Source of the DNA: Tubiluchus corallicola | Lineage: Eukaryota > Animalia > Priapulida | Reading direction: 5' to 3' | DNA: 64,000 nucleotides | Assembly (NCBI GenBank): GCA_030141605.1 | Contig: JAQGDQ010000003.1 | Coordinates: 1,054,001 to 1,118,000 of the forward strand | Shown here: positions 36,717-50,640 of the stretch, piece after piece | Layout: each line of letters opens with the position of its first letter | Numbering within the stretch: position 1 is the stretch's first letter | Position numbers and translations under genes: made by a program | The notes under the pieces: generated by a model | The model's database searches: none | Told to the model about the DNA's origin: nothing | The model's input: the letters and a program-made list of their open reading frames with translations, nothing else

Positions 36717-39700
36717 TTATTTATTTCTTTTAGCTGGAGGAATGTTACCAGAACTGATGTTTCGTATCATCTCAGTCATTTCTTTGTGTCGCTCCAGGTC
36801 TGCTTCTAACTTTGTAACTTTGGATTTAAGACTTGCTGACTAAAATGAAAAAAGAAAAACTGGAATGTCGACTCATTTTTCCATGACACGAGCCCAATTC
36901 TTGTGTGGCAGTATAAGTTATTATCACCGAAATAGCTTCAAGTACAACTTTTATCTTTAATAAATCACTCTTCACTAGTATCGTATAGCCAGAGAAATAT
37001 AGTTTTTGTATATTACATTTTGGTACCTGCACATCATCACTACCTACCCTGAATAACCACAACTCAGTATCTCAATAGAAGAATTATTGTACAGGTTACG
37101 TAAAAATCATATTAAATTTGAAGAGACATCAAAATGCAACAAAAGACGAGCCGTTGCATTTCAAGATCAAGACATGTTTGGGTAACATAAAACTAGCTCA
37201 ACTATTTACATATCAATAATGCTGTGCTCTCTAATGTTCAATTTATTAAAAAAATCCCACAATTAAAACAGCGAAAGGGCACCACGTTTCAAACTGCTGC
37301 TTCTTAGTATCTTTATTTGGCCTTCTCACTTTTTCCTTTTTTCTAACTGACGATAAACTGCAGTGGCAGTGTGAAACGTCGTGGGGGATGGTAAAAACCT
37401 CCAAAAATGATCATTTTTATGCCATTTTTTAAACATTTGTATAGCTTATTTTGAGAAAATGTGAAAGTGCCTTGGACAGACCCTTCCATCCAAATTTTGC
37501 AAAAAGTTGCACAAAATAGCTTGGAGAAAACATCGACTTGTGCAACTGTTTGGGGTGTGTTGTGTGAAAAAATAAGCACAGTTGTGGAAAGAGGAAGACA
37601 CGGTCCATAAGTTGAAGCCTTTGTTAGGCGGTATGTCCACTAAACAAAACGGAAAGGGTGTACTTTGAAGTTCCGTTTCAACCTCCAGTGCTGCACATTA
37701 TTTGGAACCCCCCTGTCCTTGCATTTCAGAAATTATGGCTTCCCTGGCGTTGTCATCATCCGTTATTCTGCAGTGCTATTCTGTTATATTTGTATTTGTA
37801 AGCTTGTTACCATGTTCATGCATTAATGATCATTGGTGGATGATGGGACTAATAATGCCTGTCATAGCACACAGTTTCATCTTTGTGCAAAATGTTTTGC
37901 ATAGTTTCGGCATGCTTTGCATTGTTGATGTAGGTGTGATCTGGTTGGTTTAGTGTATTGTGGTATGGTATGTGAGTATGGTTAATGTAGTGAGTTGTTG
38001 CAGTGGGTGTTATTTGATGTAGCATGCGGTGTGGCGTGGGTGATGTGGTGCAGTGTAGGTAATGCTGTGATGCAGATGGGGTGGCATAGGAGTTGGGTGA
38101 TGTGGGTTGTTGTGGTGTAAGGGCATAAAATCCTTACAACATAAAAAGCTTAAAAACATATTGCAAGTATGTTTCATTCAAAATTAATTATTTTTATGAC
38201 AAAAGGTACTTAAGATGACCTAAATGAGGTGTAAAAAAGCTACACACAGAAAGTAATTTTCCTGTTAATAATAAAATGTCGCAACAAAAATAAATGTAAC
38301 AAGATGCTATTGGTGCTTATAAATTACATGTTTTACTTACAATTCGCTTCTCATCATCAAGCTCTCTGCCGGTGTTTGCAATTGCTTCTTCAAATACTTT
38401 ATCACGTTCCTCTTCTTTTCTCTCAAACTCTAGTTCTTTCATTTTCATTTGGGCACGCAAATCTAAGTGGAAACAAAGTTGGATGTATCAAAATTGAGTT
38501 GGAAGACAATAACGCTAATTGCAAAATAAGTTTTAATGCTCACATCAAATCACATTATAGTTAACGTTTTCTCACTTGCTTCACTTTTGTGCATTTTGAG
38601 CACTGGTACATAACAGAAATAATAATTATTTTGTTACTGATTAAAGCAGATAAGACAGAAAAATTGTCTGAATAAAACATTGAAAGCCCTTTACAGTGTC
38701 AAAATAGATTATTTCTTACAAGAGCTTTCGTCCAAACAAGCCTCATTATTAGGAAAATACAGATAAAATGTTAAAACAGTATGTACATGCTAGCAAAGAT
38801 TAATTGTAAAGCTTTTGGTTTTTTTCTTTCTATGAGGTTGTTTTTTATGCTTTTACTCTAACTCATTTTCAAATCAACGATGCTCAGCTACTACTATAGC
38901 TTTTAATCTTTACCTCACACTTGTACATATTGTTTTAACATTTTGTCTGTATTTTTCGGCTGATGACAAATCTCAGGGGAACTCTCTCATATAGAAATGT
39001 AGTTTAGGCAAACGTTGATAAATAGAATGTTAGTGTAATTTGCTATGAAATATTAACAACTGAGTTATTAGTACATACCTTGTATTAAAACAAGTTTGTC
39101 TTCACAGTCTTTGACGAGAACTTCTCTTTGTTTTTCTAGTTGTTTATACTTTTTTTGTTCCCTGAAAAAATTCACGATTAATAGAGCTGTTCAATATGAA
39201 AAAGCCAACATAAATAACTGCTGGCATGTCTAAGCAGATATGAAATTTTTCTTAGAAGACTATATAGAGCAACATGACTACCATAGTCGTATTCTAAATA
39301 TAACTTTAAATTTAGCTATATTTTCATGGTGTCTATTTGGCTATGATCGACAAGTAGTGGTCTTCCTCGTTTGTAAATGGATGGGCAGTGTGACAAAATA
39401 ACTTCTAGCTAGTCATCAGTTTGGCCACTCAGTGAGGGAGGGTGCAGCATTTGCATATACCATTATACATCTATATGCGGCTGCAACGGTTGAGCTGTCT
39501 AGAGTCTTACATGAGAAGATCATCCTAGATGTTGAGATAGATGCTAGTCATCTAATAGTAACAGGCCTTAGTAAAATGTTGATACAGTTTGCTTTGGATT
39601 TGTTTGTAGTTTAATAAATCCATGTTTGTGTGTGTTTTTTTTAAGCGGCTGAATTTATAAAGCCGAAAAGATCTATTAAGATAGTGTTTTCTATGTTATT

Positions 39701-42401
39701 ACAGTGCACATTGATTATTCATGAAGGCAAGACTCTTATCACTTGGTAAATTGCTCACAAAAAGTTTTCAAGCAAAGTGCAATAATTAATTATCGTTTGT
39801 ATAATTAGAGGTAGCTTGCATAAAGTATATATTGTTTATTTATGATGCCATTAAGCTTTATATGCGATAAATTTTGCCAATTGAAAAAGCAAGATATCAG
39901 AGATAACTCAGTAGTTATTTTTAAACAGTCACTGACAGACACGCAATGTTTTATCAGCATTAGCATGTTAGTTTAATGTAATTAAATCTCTCACCTTGTG
40001 TTTGAGTAACACTTCTGCATTGTAACGTGTAAATTAAACAGCTAAAGACAAAGAATTAAGTGGAAAAATGCAAAAATGTAAAACATGCTTAGAACAAGTA
40101 TGCTGATCTATCTCAAGTTAAAAAGCAGGTCAAGTGTGTGGTCATACGTCACAATTTTGTTGTCTTCACAGCTATTTATAAAGTGAAGTTTGGATTTGAT
40201 AAATGACAGATTTTTCCATGTTAAAGCATTACTGTATACAGTTTCGTACCAGCAATGGTGGCCGTAATGGCAGCTCGATCTATTATCCGTGAATTCTATG
40301 GTATCTTAAATTTTTTGAAGGACATGATATAACTATTTTCACACTGAAGAAGTCTGTCATGGACTCGAAAATATTTAGTGGCTGTTTTTTTAATATAAAG
40401 CTTATAATACACTTTCTTGTATCTACTGGGTATTATTATCGCACAGTGCAACAAGATCAGTTTAGTTTTCTTAAGTTCAATAATTTACCAGTTTAAAATA
40501 AGACTACGACATTTTCTGGGTTATTTTTTTGCTTACGATAGTGAAGATTTAACTAAATTTTTTTTAAATAACATTGACTGATTTTTTCTAACAAAATGCC
40601 TTTGTGCCGTGCTTGAATCAATATTAGATGACTCACGTGTCTAACTTTGACTTCAGCTGACTATTTTGCTGTGAAATTTCCTCTTTCTGTTCAAAGAGAT
40701 ATCGACAGTTTTCTTCTTTTTCTGCCAGTGATTTTTCTAACCTGAATGAAAACGATCACAACATCTATGAACAAAGTCATCTTAGACTGTGACTAGGCAG
40801 TAGCAGTGATGATGAGAAAGAAATACTGATATTTTGCTGGATGGCTGATTCAGAAAATTTGCATTGGAAGCTCCAAATAATAAACTGCAAATGATGGAAC
40901 TAGGCCAGGAGATAAGCAGTACTAGAAACAGTTACGAATCAAAACAGATATTGTGACAAAGTTTCAGAAAAAACTGACACACGGTAGTAAAACAACACTA
41001 GTGCTTTTATAATAATTACATAATGGATCTAGCCAATGAAACACTAAAGTAAAAGAATGGCAAGTAATGTGTGGTTATTGTGGCAAAACATTCACAAACA
41101 AAGCAGAGGGAATACTGTATAAATAGTAGTCCTGAAATATTTTACAAACACTGCTATGCCTGTTAATTGGGGTAATTAAGAATTATAGCCGCAATTTATC
41201 AAGCGATTTTAAACTCAAAGAATCTCAGTACAGCCAATTCACGAATAAACAGATAGGCATGATATGACTTACAGGTGTACTTTTGACATAACCGTGGATA
41301 GTTCCTTGTCGAAGTTAGCCGTTGATGTTTTATGCAATTCACTGAGAGAAACGTATTTTTTGTTTATATCTGCCAGGTTTATTTCCATTGTTTTGTTTAA
41401 TTTCTTGCCTTCAAACAGCAAATGCTCAATAGCAAATTTCTGTAACATTATGATATAGCAGTATAAGCATACAAGAAAAACAACACACATACAAACAATC
41501 ACTAGCATAGGTATGTTGCATCTGTAATCACACTGGGACGGCGGTAGTTAGTTAATATACCTAGTGCTGGCAAGTGAATATGGAAATCAAAAAGCGTATT
41601 TTCGCACAAAGCCGAGAACAAATTTTTAGCAATTCATTTATTATTGTTTATGTTATTAAAAATTTACTGTTTTTAAAAGAAAAATTTATATGGTTTTGCT
41701 ATGGAAACTAATGCTACAATTTTTACAAACCTTTCCTCTGAAGTGAATAAAAAGTCAATTTGTAAAGTTCAGAAAACTATAACAGCATGCAGATTACCAA
41801 GGTAAAGAACAGGGTTGTTTTTTACCTGTTGCTTCAAAAGTATCCAATACATGAATTATAGTATTTTATTATGTTGTTTCCTAGCTTATAGCAGCCAGGA
41901 AGGATTTTATGCAAGGCCTCATGGAATGAATAAACTAAAACTCCAACTGTCACTAAACAAAAATTACTAAAACTAAATCTGCTTAACAAAATATCAAATG
42001 TAAACAGTTATTTTACAAAGGTTTATACTTTACCTCAGTGTGTAGCTTGCTATAAGTATCAAGTTGGTTTGATAAAGAGTTCTGCAATTGTTCAACTTTG
42101 TTGTTTGACAAAGACAGTGCTGCTTCCAATTTACATGCTTGCAGCTGTAAAAATGGTGTACTAACAGAAATTAAATGTAACAGCAGCTTAGAATGTGCAA
42201 CCTAATTTTCAAAGGCTATGTCACCACTAGTGCAAAGTTAAGAAGCATGAAAAAGAAACCTTAAGAACATATTAAAGCAGAAATTTGGTGAACACTGATA
42301 TTTTGTGGGACACAGGAGCCTGTTAATTAAGGACACAGTGCTATAAAGTTTCTTGTGATAATCAAACCGAAATGACAGTGTGTCCTTTTTTCGCACACAC
42401 C

Positions 42402-42455
<54 letters not shown>

Positions 42456-45400
42456 GCAATAGTGATGAAGACAACGTTGCGTACCTGTTCAGTTGCCAGA
42501 GAGTACAGGTAGGCTTGAATGAGGTGAACCAGAGTAAAAAAATAATGCATACCCTTGATTGTGTCAATTCCTCGTGATACATCTTCATGACATTATTGTC
42601 TTCAATGATGTTATTCCGAAATGACAGTGACGTATGAAGACTATTAGCCAATTCATCAATGATGCCACTATCACTAGTTACACTGTCGTTTCTATTACGA
42701 CTGTTCGACAAAGAAGGGTCAGCATCAATTTCGACATGACGTGCCATCATACTTGCCAAACTGTAAAACGTAAGTTAACTTTGTCAGCATTTATACACCT
42801 AATAAATTTGTGTAGATTGTTAGTGTAAATGTTTTAGATTGTTAACATCAAATTAGCACTAGCTTGGTGAAGAAATTATATGTTAGATTTTAACACCAGT
42901 TTTGGCTGGGGTGAAAGAATAAAAATGGTTTTAGCAGCTAGGACTAAAAATAGAAAATTATCAATGAAAAAACTGCAAACATTTTGACTGAACTACCAAA
43001 ACTATAATGCAAAAAGCACCAATTGTTAATTTACACAGCAAATCAAGACTGTGAAAAGCGAAAACATACCTTTCTAAAGATATGCTTGACAGCTGTACAA
43101 TTTGCAATGCCATTTTTATTGTCTCAGTACAATGACTAAGCAAAGCAGACACTAATAGTTGATGTACCTCTGCACTCTAAAATAAACATACATGCACAGG
43201 TGTAATGTAAATGTACATACAAAATTATAATAAATTTGTACAAATTTTCTACCTTCATCTAGTTGCCATTATTTTTCGACTTCTACTAAACTAGATGCTT
43301 TTATACAGTGATGCCATCACTGCATATCGGGTCAACATTGAAACTGCTTCAAATTTGAAATAACTAAAGAAGTTAAGTCAAAATCATTCATAAGAAACTA
43401 AAGTAGAAGAAAGTCAACTGGAAATTTACTTGCATGATGGGAAATCTGCCAAGACTTGAGAAAGAGCTAGATTTACTAAGAATTTGTAACAATCATTATC
43501 AAACATTTTTGCAAAAGAAAAAAAGAACTAGGATTTTTCAACTGTAGTATGCCATAAAAACACGTACGTTTCTTACAAGTGATTTCACAACGGATTGGTA
43601 TGCATCACGTACATTATAATATATGTACAAGCTCACTAATGCAACTATCACAAAGTAAATCCATCTCAAAGTAAAAAAGCGGTTATGTTGTGCTCAAAAT
43701 GCGGCCTGCCTTGCGAGTAGCTTGCATTTAATCCAGCACCATCGATTAATGCACAGTTTGAACAATAGTTTTATAGGATTCTTAGTGCAGCAATTGTGGA
43801 ACATGCAGACTTTGAAGAACTTAGTCAAGTAAACAGTGTATGTACTTAATTTACTCTTATTGAGGTTGAAAATAGTAAAGCTTCTTCACTGACAGAAAAT
43901 TACATGTTTAGCATTGGTAACACAGAGTCAACAATCAAAACAGTACTGAGCAACTAAATCAAAATAGAACTTAAAAATAGATTTAAAATACTCAGAATTA
44001 AATCAACCTTGATTTTTTAATTGGCAAATACCACTAGTTTTCTGATTTTTACAGTAAATGAATTACAAAAGGCTTTAAAGTTGAGAAAAAATTACTTCAA
44101 AATTCTCTAAGATAATTTAAAATGAACAGAAAAATTTGCCTGCATTAGAGAAGCAATGCGATCCGCTCTCCATTTTGCTAAAAGTAACACTTTCAAGCTG
44201 CTAACAATCATTTTCACGGCATCCAGACTAAAAAAAGAAAAATAAATTTGGTAGCTGTTGTTTATTTAGTAATATTTACCTATAGTTACTTGCCAGGCAA
44301 CAGTATTTGGCTGCTCAACCAAAAATTACCTATTCTTACACACAGACACATACATACACTGTCAACTCTGCGTGTTGTTTATACAAAATGACCATGAAAA
44401 TGCTGCTTGGAATATATTGTTAAGGTTTTGAAAGTTAGTAATGAAATTTTAAAGTCGACAATGTATTTAACTGGAAGGCAGTGGAGTTTAAGTGTAAGTG
44501 TTTACACTATCTATTAAGGATCCGAACTGCAGTATATGAATTGTTTTGCAATTATAAATATGCTAAATAGGCAGTCTGCACAAAAGACTGTTGCAGTAAT
44601 CCAGTTCGTTTTAATATTTTACGATTAGGTTATTTTTGTACTCACAAAACATACAAAACGTAAGATCCAAGCACAATTTTTATGAGATTTAAAAATGAGG
44701 AAAGGAAATTTAACACCAGTATAACTGAAAATGTGAACTGCTAAAATTAGCCTTTAATGACTGTTTGTACATAAAGGTGAAGGGATGTATTGTTGCATAT
44801 ACCTTCACATTTGTCAATCCTTGGGATGCTCTAGTTTTACTTTTATTTTGCATTTTGCTTTAGCGTCTTGAGACTAAGGAAAATGAAGATGTTCTAGCCC
44901 TCAATCATTTTGAATAAGCAGCTGTAACCTACACACCAGCGCAAGTGATTCTGGGCACTTGTGCTGCTGTGCAGAATAAGTTTCCTGTGGGGCAGAGACA
45001 ACCCAACAGCAATAACAAAACCCTTTACTTAGCATAAAAACAACTTTCTTGTTACCTTGTAAAATTACTCAAAAGCTGTTTACTGATGAGCGAATAAAGC
45101 ACATCCAAATTCAAAGTATTAAATACTGACTCATGAAAGCTGTCATCTTGGGTACGTTCTAGCAAATCTAAAGAAATACAAAATTAATTTATGCAAAACT
45201 TCTAAGCAGCAGCATAAAGTTGTGCTAAGGATTCTTAAATAGTAATAGTGTCTTCCTTAGGGCTCCTGTATTATAAAGTAAAAGAATTACTGACACTATA
45301 ACAGCTAACTTACTTGCTGTTTCAATTTCAGGTGTAACCTATACACAGTTTGTACAGTAGGCCCTGCTTAATAGGCTCACTCTGGAGTGCTTTGGTCCAA

Positions 45401-48400
45401 TTAACTGACTGAATCTATTAGCCGACGGATGTAGTATTATCACTCTCCAGCTTAGTATGCACTGCAAAGGTTGCAAGAGCTTTAAATATTTGGTTTTTAT
45501 GCTAATGTTCTACATACATTAGCATACATTGTATGTATGCATACACTGTCCCTGCATACATTGCTGCCGGCATAACAGTAGCAGTTACCTGATTAAACAT
45601 TCCATGAAAAGTTGCAAGTGCTTCAAAAACAAACCGCTAAGCAAGTGATTAAAAGTTTAGCTTCCATAAATTCATAGGCAATGAGGTTAATTGCAGTGGA
45701 TGAGCAGGCGACAGATTCAAAGTAAAACTGCTAGCTAGCATATTACCACATGACAAATGTACCTGCTTACAAACAAAACAGTATTTAACATGATTGTTTC
45801 TACATATATTACGGTGGACAATCGCGAAGCAAAGATGACACAAAAGTAGTAAAAGCTCTTTGATCACAAACAAGCATCTTATTTTGAGTACCTGAAGCAA
45901 AAAATTGAGTCAATTAATCAGAGTTTTTTGGTCAATTGCTGACAGTTTTTATATAAATTGAATAGAGAAGGCCTGTACCAGACGCTTACGAGTCAATTAG
46001 GCAACTAATTCTATTAACCGTGAGACAAATAAACAGCACCTACTGTATTTAAAAAAATGTGTATAAGTCTTCCAAAAAATCGTGAGTTTTTTACTATTTC
46101 AGTGTAAGCAATTCACAACTGTTTTATTTTGCACGGGAAATGAGATCTGAAGCCTAAGCAGAAAAAACATATACGGTACATGTATTTCTATCATTACAAA
46201 TTAACCTTGAAGGCAATGACAAACGACGATTGTCACGAACTTGCTCAGATATTTTCTTTTATTTCTTTTTGTAAAATCTGTAAGTTTTTCTTCTACCAGA
46301 AAAGATATTAAGTGAAATATGGAAAATGTAAAAACTAAAAAAAGCAATGGTACTCATTTAAATAAAGGTTACCATTTATAATACACAGTGCAAAGTAGTT
46401 GCGGCGACAAATTGCTAAGGACAATTTACAGTCTCCTTCAATGCAAAGCACCGAATTTATATCATCTAGTAAAGGAACATTGAACAATCCACTACCTACA
46501 TCAGTAGCCTGCAAAATAAATGAAGAATTTTAGCTGTGGAGTTGCATAAATTTACAATTGATACAACCAAGAATAGAAAACAAGATTCTGGATCATCTAA
46601 TAATTCATTTTTCAAAACTACCGTATTAGTTAATCACTAATAATACAATGATGCAAATCTACAAACTAAATCAAATAGATTCAATTTTATGCACAAAGTT
46701 TAACAGCTGATTAGTCAAGATTTTAAATCCTTTAAAATATATTTAACTACAGAAATTAAAATAGGGAAACCGAGAACAATCACACACTTTTTGTTTTTAA
46801 TTCAGAAGCGAATTCATTTAGAATTAATTCTATTGTCGAAGTCTGTTTCTTTTGTTGGTATAACAAATATATTTTGTTAAACTCAAGCATCACCTTAATT
46901 ATTTTGCAAACTAATTCTGCAGCAAACGCAGAACAGTTTCCTGCTGCATCGGCAGATGCCATGACTTTGACCAGTACTCTGCAAAACTGGTAGTCATTTG
47001 AAGAAAATAGGCTATAGAGTTTGGTTTGTAGTTGTGGATTATCCCAACAGGAAAGGAGAAATTCGAGAATCTGTAAAGCAAATGTAAAGCATATCTATGT
47101 TTTCTGAATTATTGCAAACAAAACAATTACTGAAATATTTAGGATTTTACAAACAGTATCTGTGAAAAATATATACTGCAAATTTCTAGAAACCACTTGC
47201 TACTTCTATTCAAAAATTAATTAATATGCAATTAAACAATAAAAATATGTTATTCTAAGGCTTCTAATAAATCTAAACAATTTAACAATTTAAAAATTTG
47301 TAGTCATATAATTTTTATAAAATGTAAAACATACCATAGCCTTTTCCCCTAATGGCGCATTTTCTACCTGACATGCAATGCCTTGCAAACACCTAGGTAA
47401 GTCTGTCAATAATGAACGTGTATATTCATTGTGGACGAGTGTTATAAGCAAGTCTGCAGCATATCGCCATGTGTTATAGCTTGAAGCTGGATGCGACAAT
47501 GCACTAAATGCCATTTGTGAAGCAGAAGAAACATGGCGAACGCCGAGCCACTGCAACAAATTCTCAGTTATTAACTATGGTCTCAAAAATGTTTTAAAGT
47601 CCTAGGACTTGAAGACTGAATTGTGTTTACATCTAAAAATTATTGCTGAGTTTCTATAAATATTAAAATCTTACAATGACTATTGCAGGCATTAAAAAGT
47701 TTGTCATCGTAATATTATAAACTACTATATACTATAATTGCCATTATTCTAAAAAATGATATTGCAGTATTTGTATGTATGACATTTGCAGTATAATGGT
47801 CAACAAACATTAACAATCACACGATGTTCCTTATTATCCCCGATCACTTTAATCTAACACATTTTTGCATACTGGGACGCTTTCACAGTCATGGCTGAGA
47901 ACAGTCAAGCTAATCACAATGAAAATGACTTTCTGTATCTTCACACTGTAACAGTCTCTGTTTCTTAAAGACGCCCTAGTTGTTAAATTGCCCATAAAGA
48001 ATCTAACATAGCACTGTCGAAATTCTAAATATTAGGTTTCAAATCTAAGATACTATTTTTAAATGTACTTTCTTTCTTTGCATGTATGTAAAAAAAATGA
48101 ATTGTTTAATTACGATACAAACTTCTAAATTACCTTATTACACAATTGTCGGTCAGCAAGAGCCAAGTAAGTCATAATTGAAGAGGCTAATATCACATTA
48201 AGAGGATCATCTGTGCTTAAAAGTTCTATAAGCTTCGTCCAAATGTGGTGGCTGTTTTTCTAAAGTGTTAAATTCAAAAAGTCACTCACTAGTTCCTTAC
48301 TGAGGAAAAATCATGCCAAACAAAGAAATTTGCACAGAGGCAGTTGACGTAAAGTATAAAACCAAAAATACTAGAAACATTTGGTTTACTGAAAAGCAGA

Positions 48401-50569
48401 ATTCATTTGCATGTAAATTCAATACTTCAATTAATCAGTATTTGTACTTGGACTAAAAGCACTTTATTTTCCATGAAGTGCAAGAGCACAGTACAAGTTA
48501 AAAAACAATTTAAACAAACCTGTTTTGTAAGCTGCCTTCATAAAATCTAAAATTATAATGTACACACACTGCTTTCTTCACGGCAACAGCAACGGTTCTA
48601 TGGTGCAGATACTTCTTACTTTGCAATCAAAAAGTAATATTTGAATTTCTTAATTTTGCTGTTAAGTGAAGGCAGATGGGAATACTTGGTTAAATACTTA
48701 TGATTATAAAAAAAATTGAAGTATTTGAATAAATATCAGCACTTGACAAACAGTGTATTTTTATATTTTAGTTCTAGTTTCAGCTCATGATTTAAATAAC
48801 TCATGTAAGGAAAAACGATACCATCATTCTGATGTACTGCCTAGCTGGTGTATGGTGTTTTAAGATATTCGTTAAAAGTGGCACCACAACTTCCAGTTCC
48901 TTGTCTTGCAATCTAAATAAGCAAAAAACACAATACACATAATAGATATATGTAAGCTATAAATATGGACACTAAAACAGTAAGAGAGGAATTTATAAGA
49001 GTAAGTCAACTTATATTCTACTACTACTTCTTCCTGAGCAATTATTATTATCTTTGGCTAAAAATTTAAACAAGTCCCATTGTACATCTTGCAAAAATCA
49101 AGAGAATAAGTAAATGCTTGTAAAAAGTGTAAATTTGACTTAACATTTGAAATGCATTTGTTAAAGTAAAAGAAATCTAATTTTCTTAAAGACAGCCAGT
49201 TATACTCCTGGCAGTCATAATATCATGATGTATCATGTGATGCAGTCCTGCTAATTTCAAATCGCATTTTGCTATCAGCTTTTGCATTTGTAATTTTACC
49301 ACACTGGCACTATAAACTGATAATGGTTTGTACAGTTTTGGCACCAAGTACAAAAGGTTCGAATTTTGTATGATAATCACATCACACAATATCAAGTATT
49401 CAACCTTCAGATGGCAATCAAAAAAACATCCTATACGTAACCATTTCTTGTAAAAACATTCTGCCTTTTAAAAGATAACTTACAAATGAACAACAACAAT
49501 TCTCAAAAACTCTAGCAGATTTGAAATCTTGTGCTGTTTAAACTAATGAAGTAAAATAAAATCTCCAGTTAAAAAGAAAAAGCATAGGGGTGTTTTGTCT
49601 TTAACGTCATTAATCATTATAAGTGCGTATATAAGAATTAGCTAAATACTTACAAAAGAGACACAAGAAAGCCAATTAGTTGGTCCAGATGAATTACAGA
49701 TTGCATCTTACTGCATGTGACTTTTTCCAGGAAATGCAAGGCCTGCAACAAAATAATATAAAAAAATCAACATGCATGGGTCAACTATATTTCAGAATTG
49801 CAGACCAAAAATTAGGGAATTTTGGCTGATAGGGTACAAGTTACTAATCAGGCATGAATTCTAAATCTTTCTCTGCTTGTTTCAACCTTTTCTTCACTGA
49901 TAAAGTGAACAATGAAGAAAGCATATTTTTTTCATTTATAACCCTAGTAGACTCACACATTACTGATCATGATTTGATTAAAAAAGAAAGTTGGTGTTAG
50001 ACATCGCTCCTAGGAAGGAAAGAACAGTTCTTGTGAAATTACCAAAACAAGTAGAACTCATTACCAATATTTTTGGCAATGAATTTTCGTCAATTATCGA
50101 TTACTGATTGATGTTTCTTCTCTGGTACCAATACTTCCATTTTGTCCTTTTTCTATTGATGCAAATTTATAAAAATTTGATAACTGAATGTAAAGTTGCT
50201 CACATGAAATATTTGAAAATTTGTCACTTTTATGAGCTTTTCACAGCTTTTTTTAATAATTATCGATTACTAATCGTGAATCAGTTGACTACTTCTTTTT
50301 CTATGTCTTCGACAGCTTTGTCAAGTTGGTAATAGCATTTACTCCATCAGTGCAAGATACGTTAAAATTCGACGACTGCAATCACAGATAAATTTTGGAA
50401 CACTCCACAAACCTCTGTCGGATGTGCAGCACTGGAACACAGAATAGGAACCACATGACCTGAGCTAGCACTCTATAAATGTCATTACCTACGACAAAAT
50501 TGCTCATGTTATGTGTTGGACCAATATAGACAATTTGTTATCCGCTATTTTTCACTGGTCAGTAAATTG

Positions 50570-50640
<71 letters not shown>

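Noticed and set aside
43253-43363. Exon-like segment with an acceptor and AAG|GTAG donor in a CIP2A-like intron
   Set aside because: Stops in all three frames, and the flanking exons join in phase without it.
45314-45338. 25-nt AG/GT-flanked segment (VTPEIETA) on the minus strand
   Set aside because: Phase 0-1, incompatible with the phase-1 intron it sits in; it would shift the frame.
50270-50375. Exon-like segment after TTGCAG on the minus strand
   Set aside because: Every frame hits a stop before a usable donor; exon 3 joins exon 4 directly.
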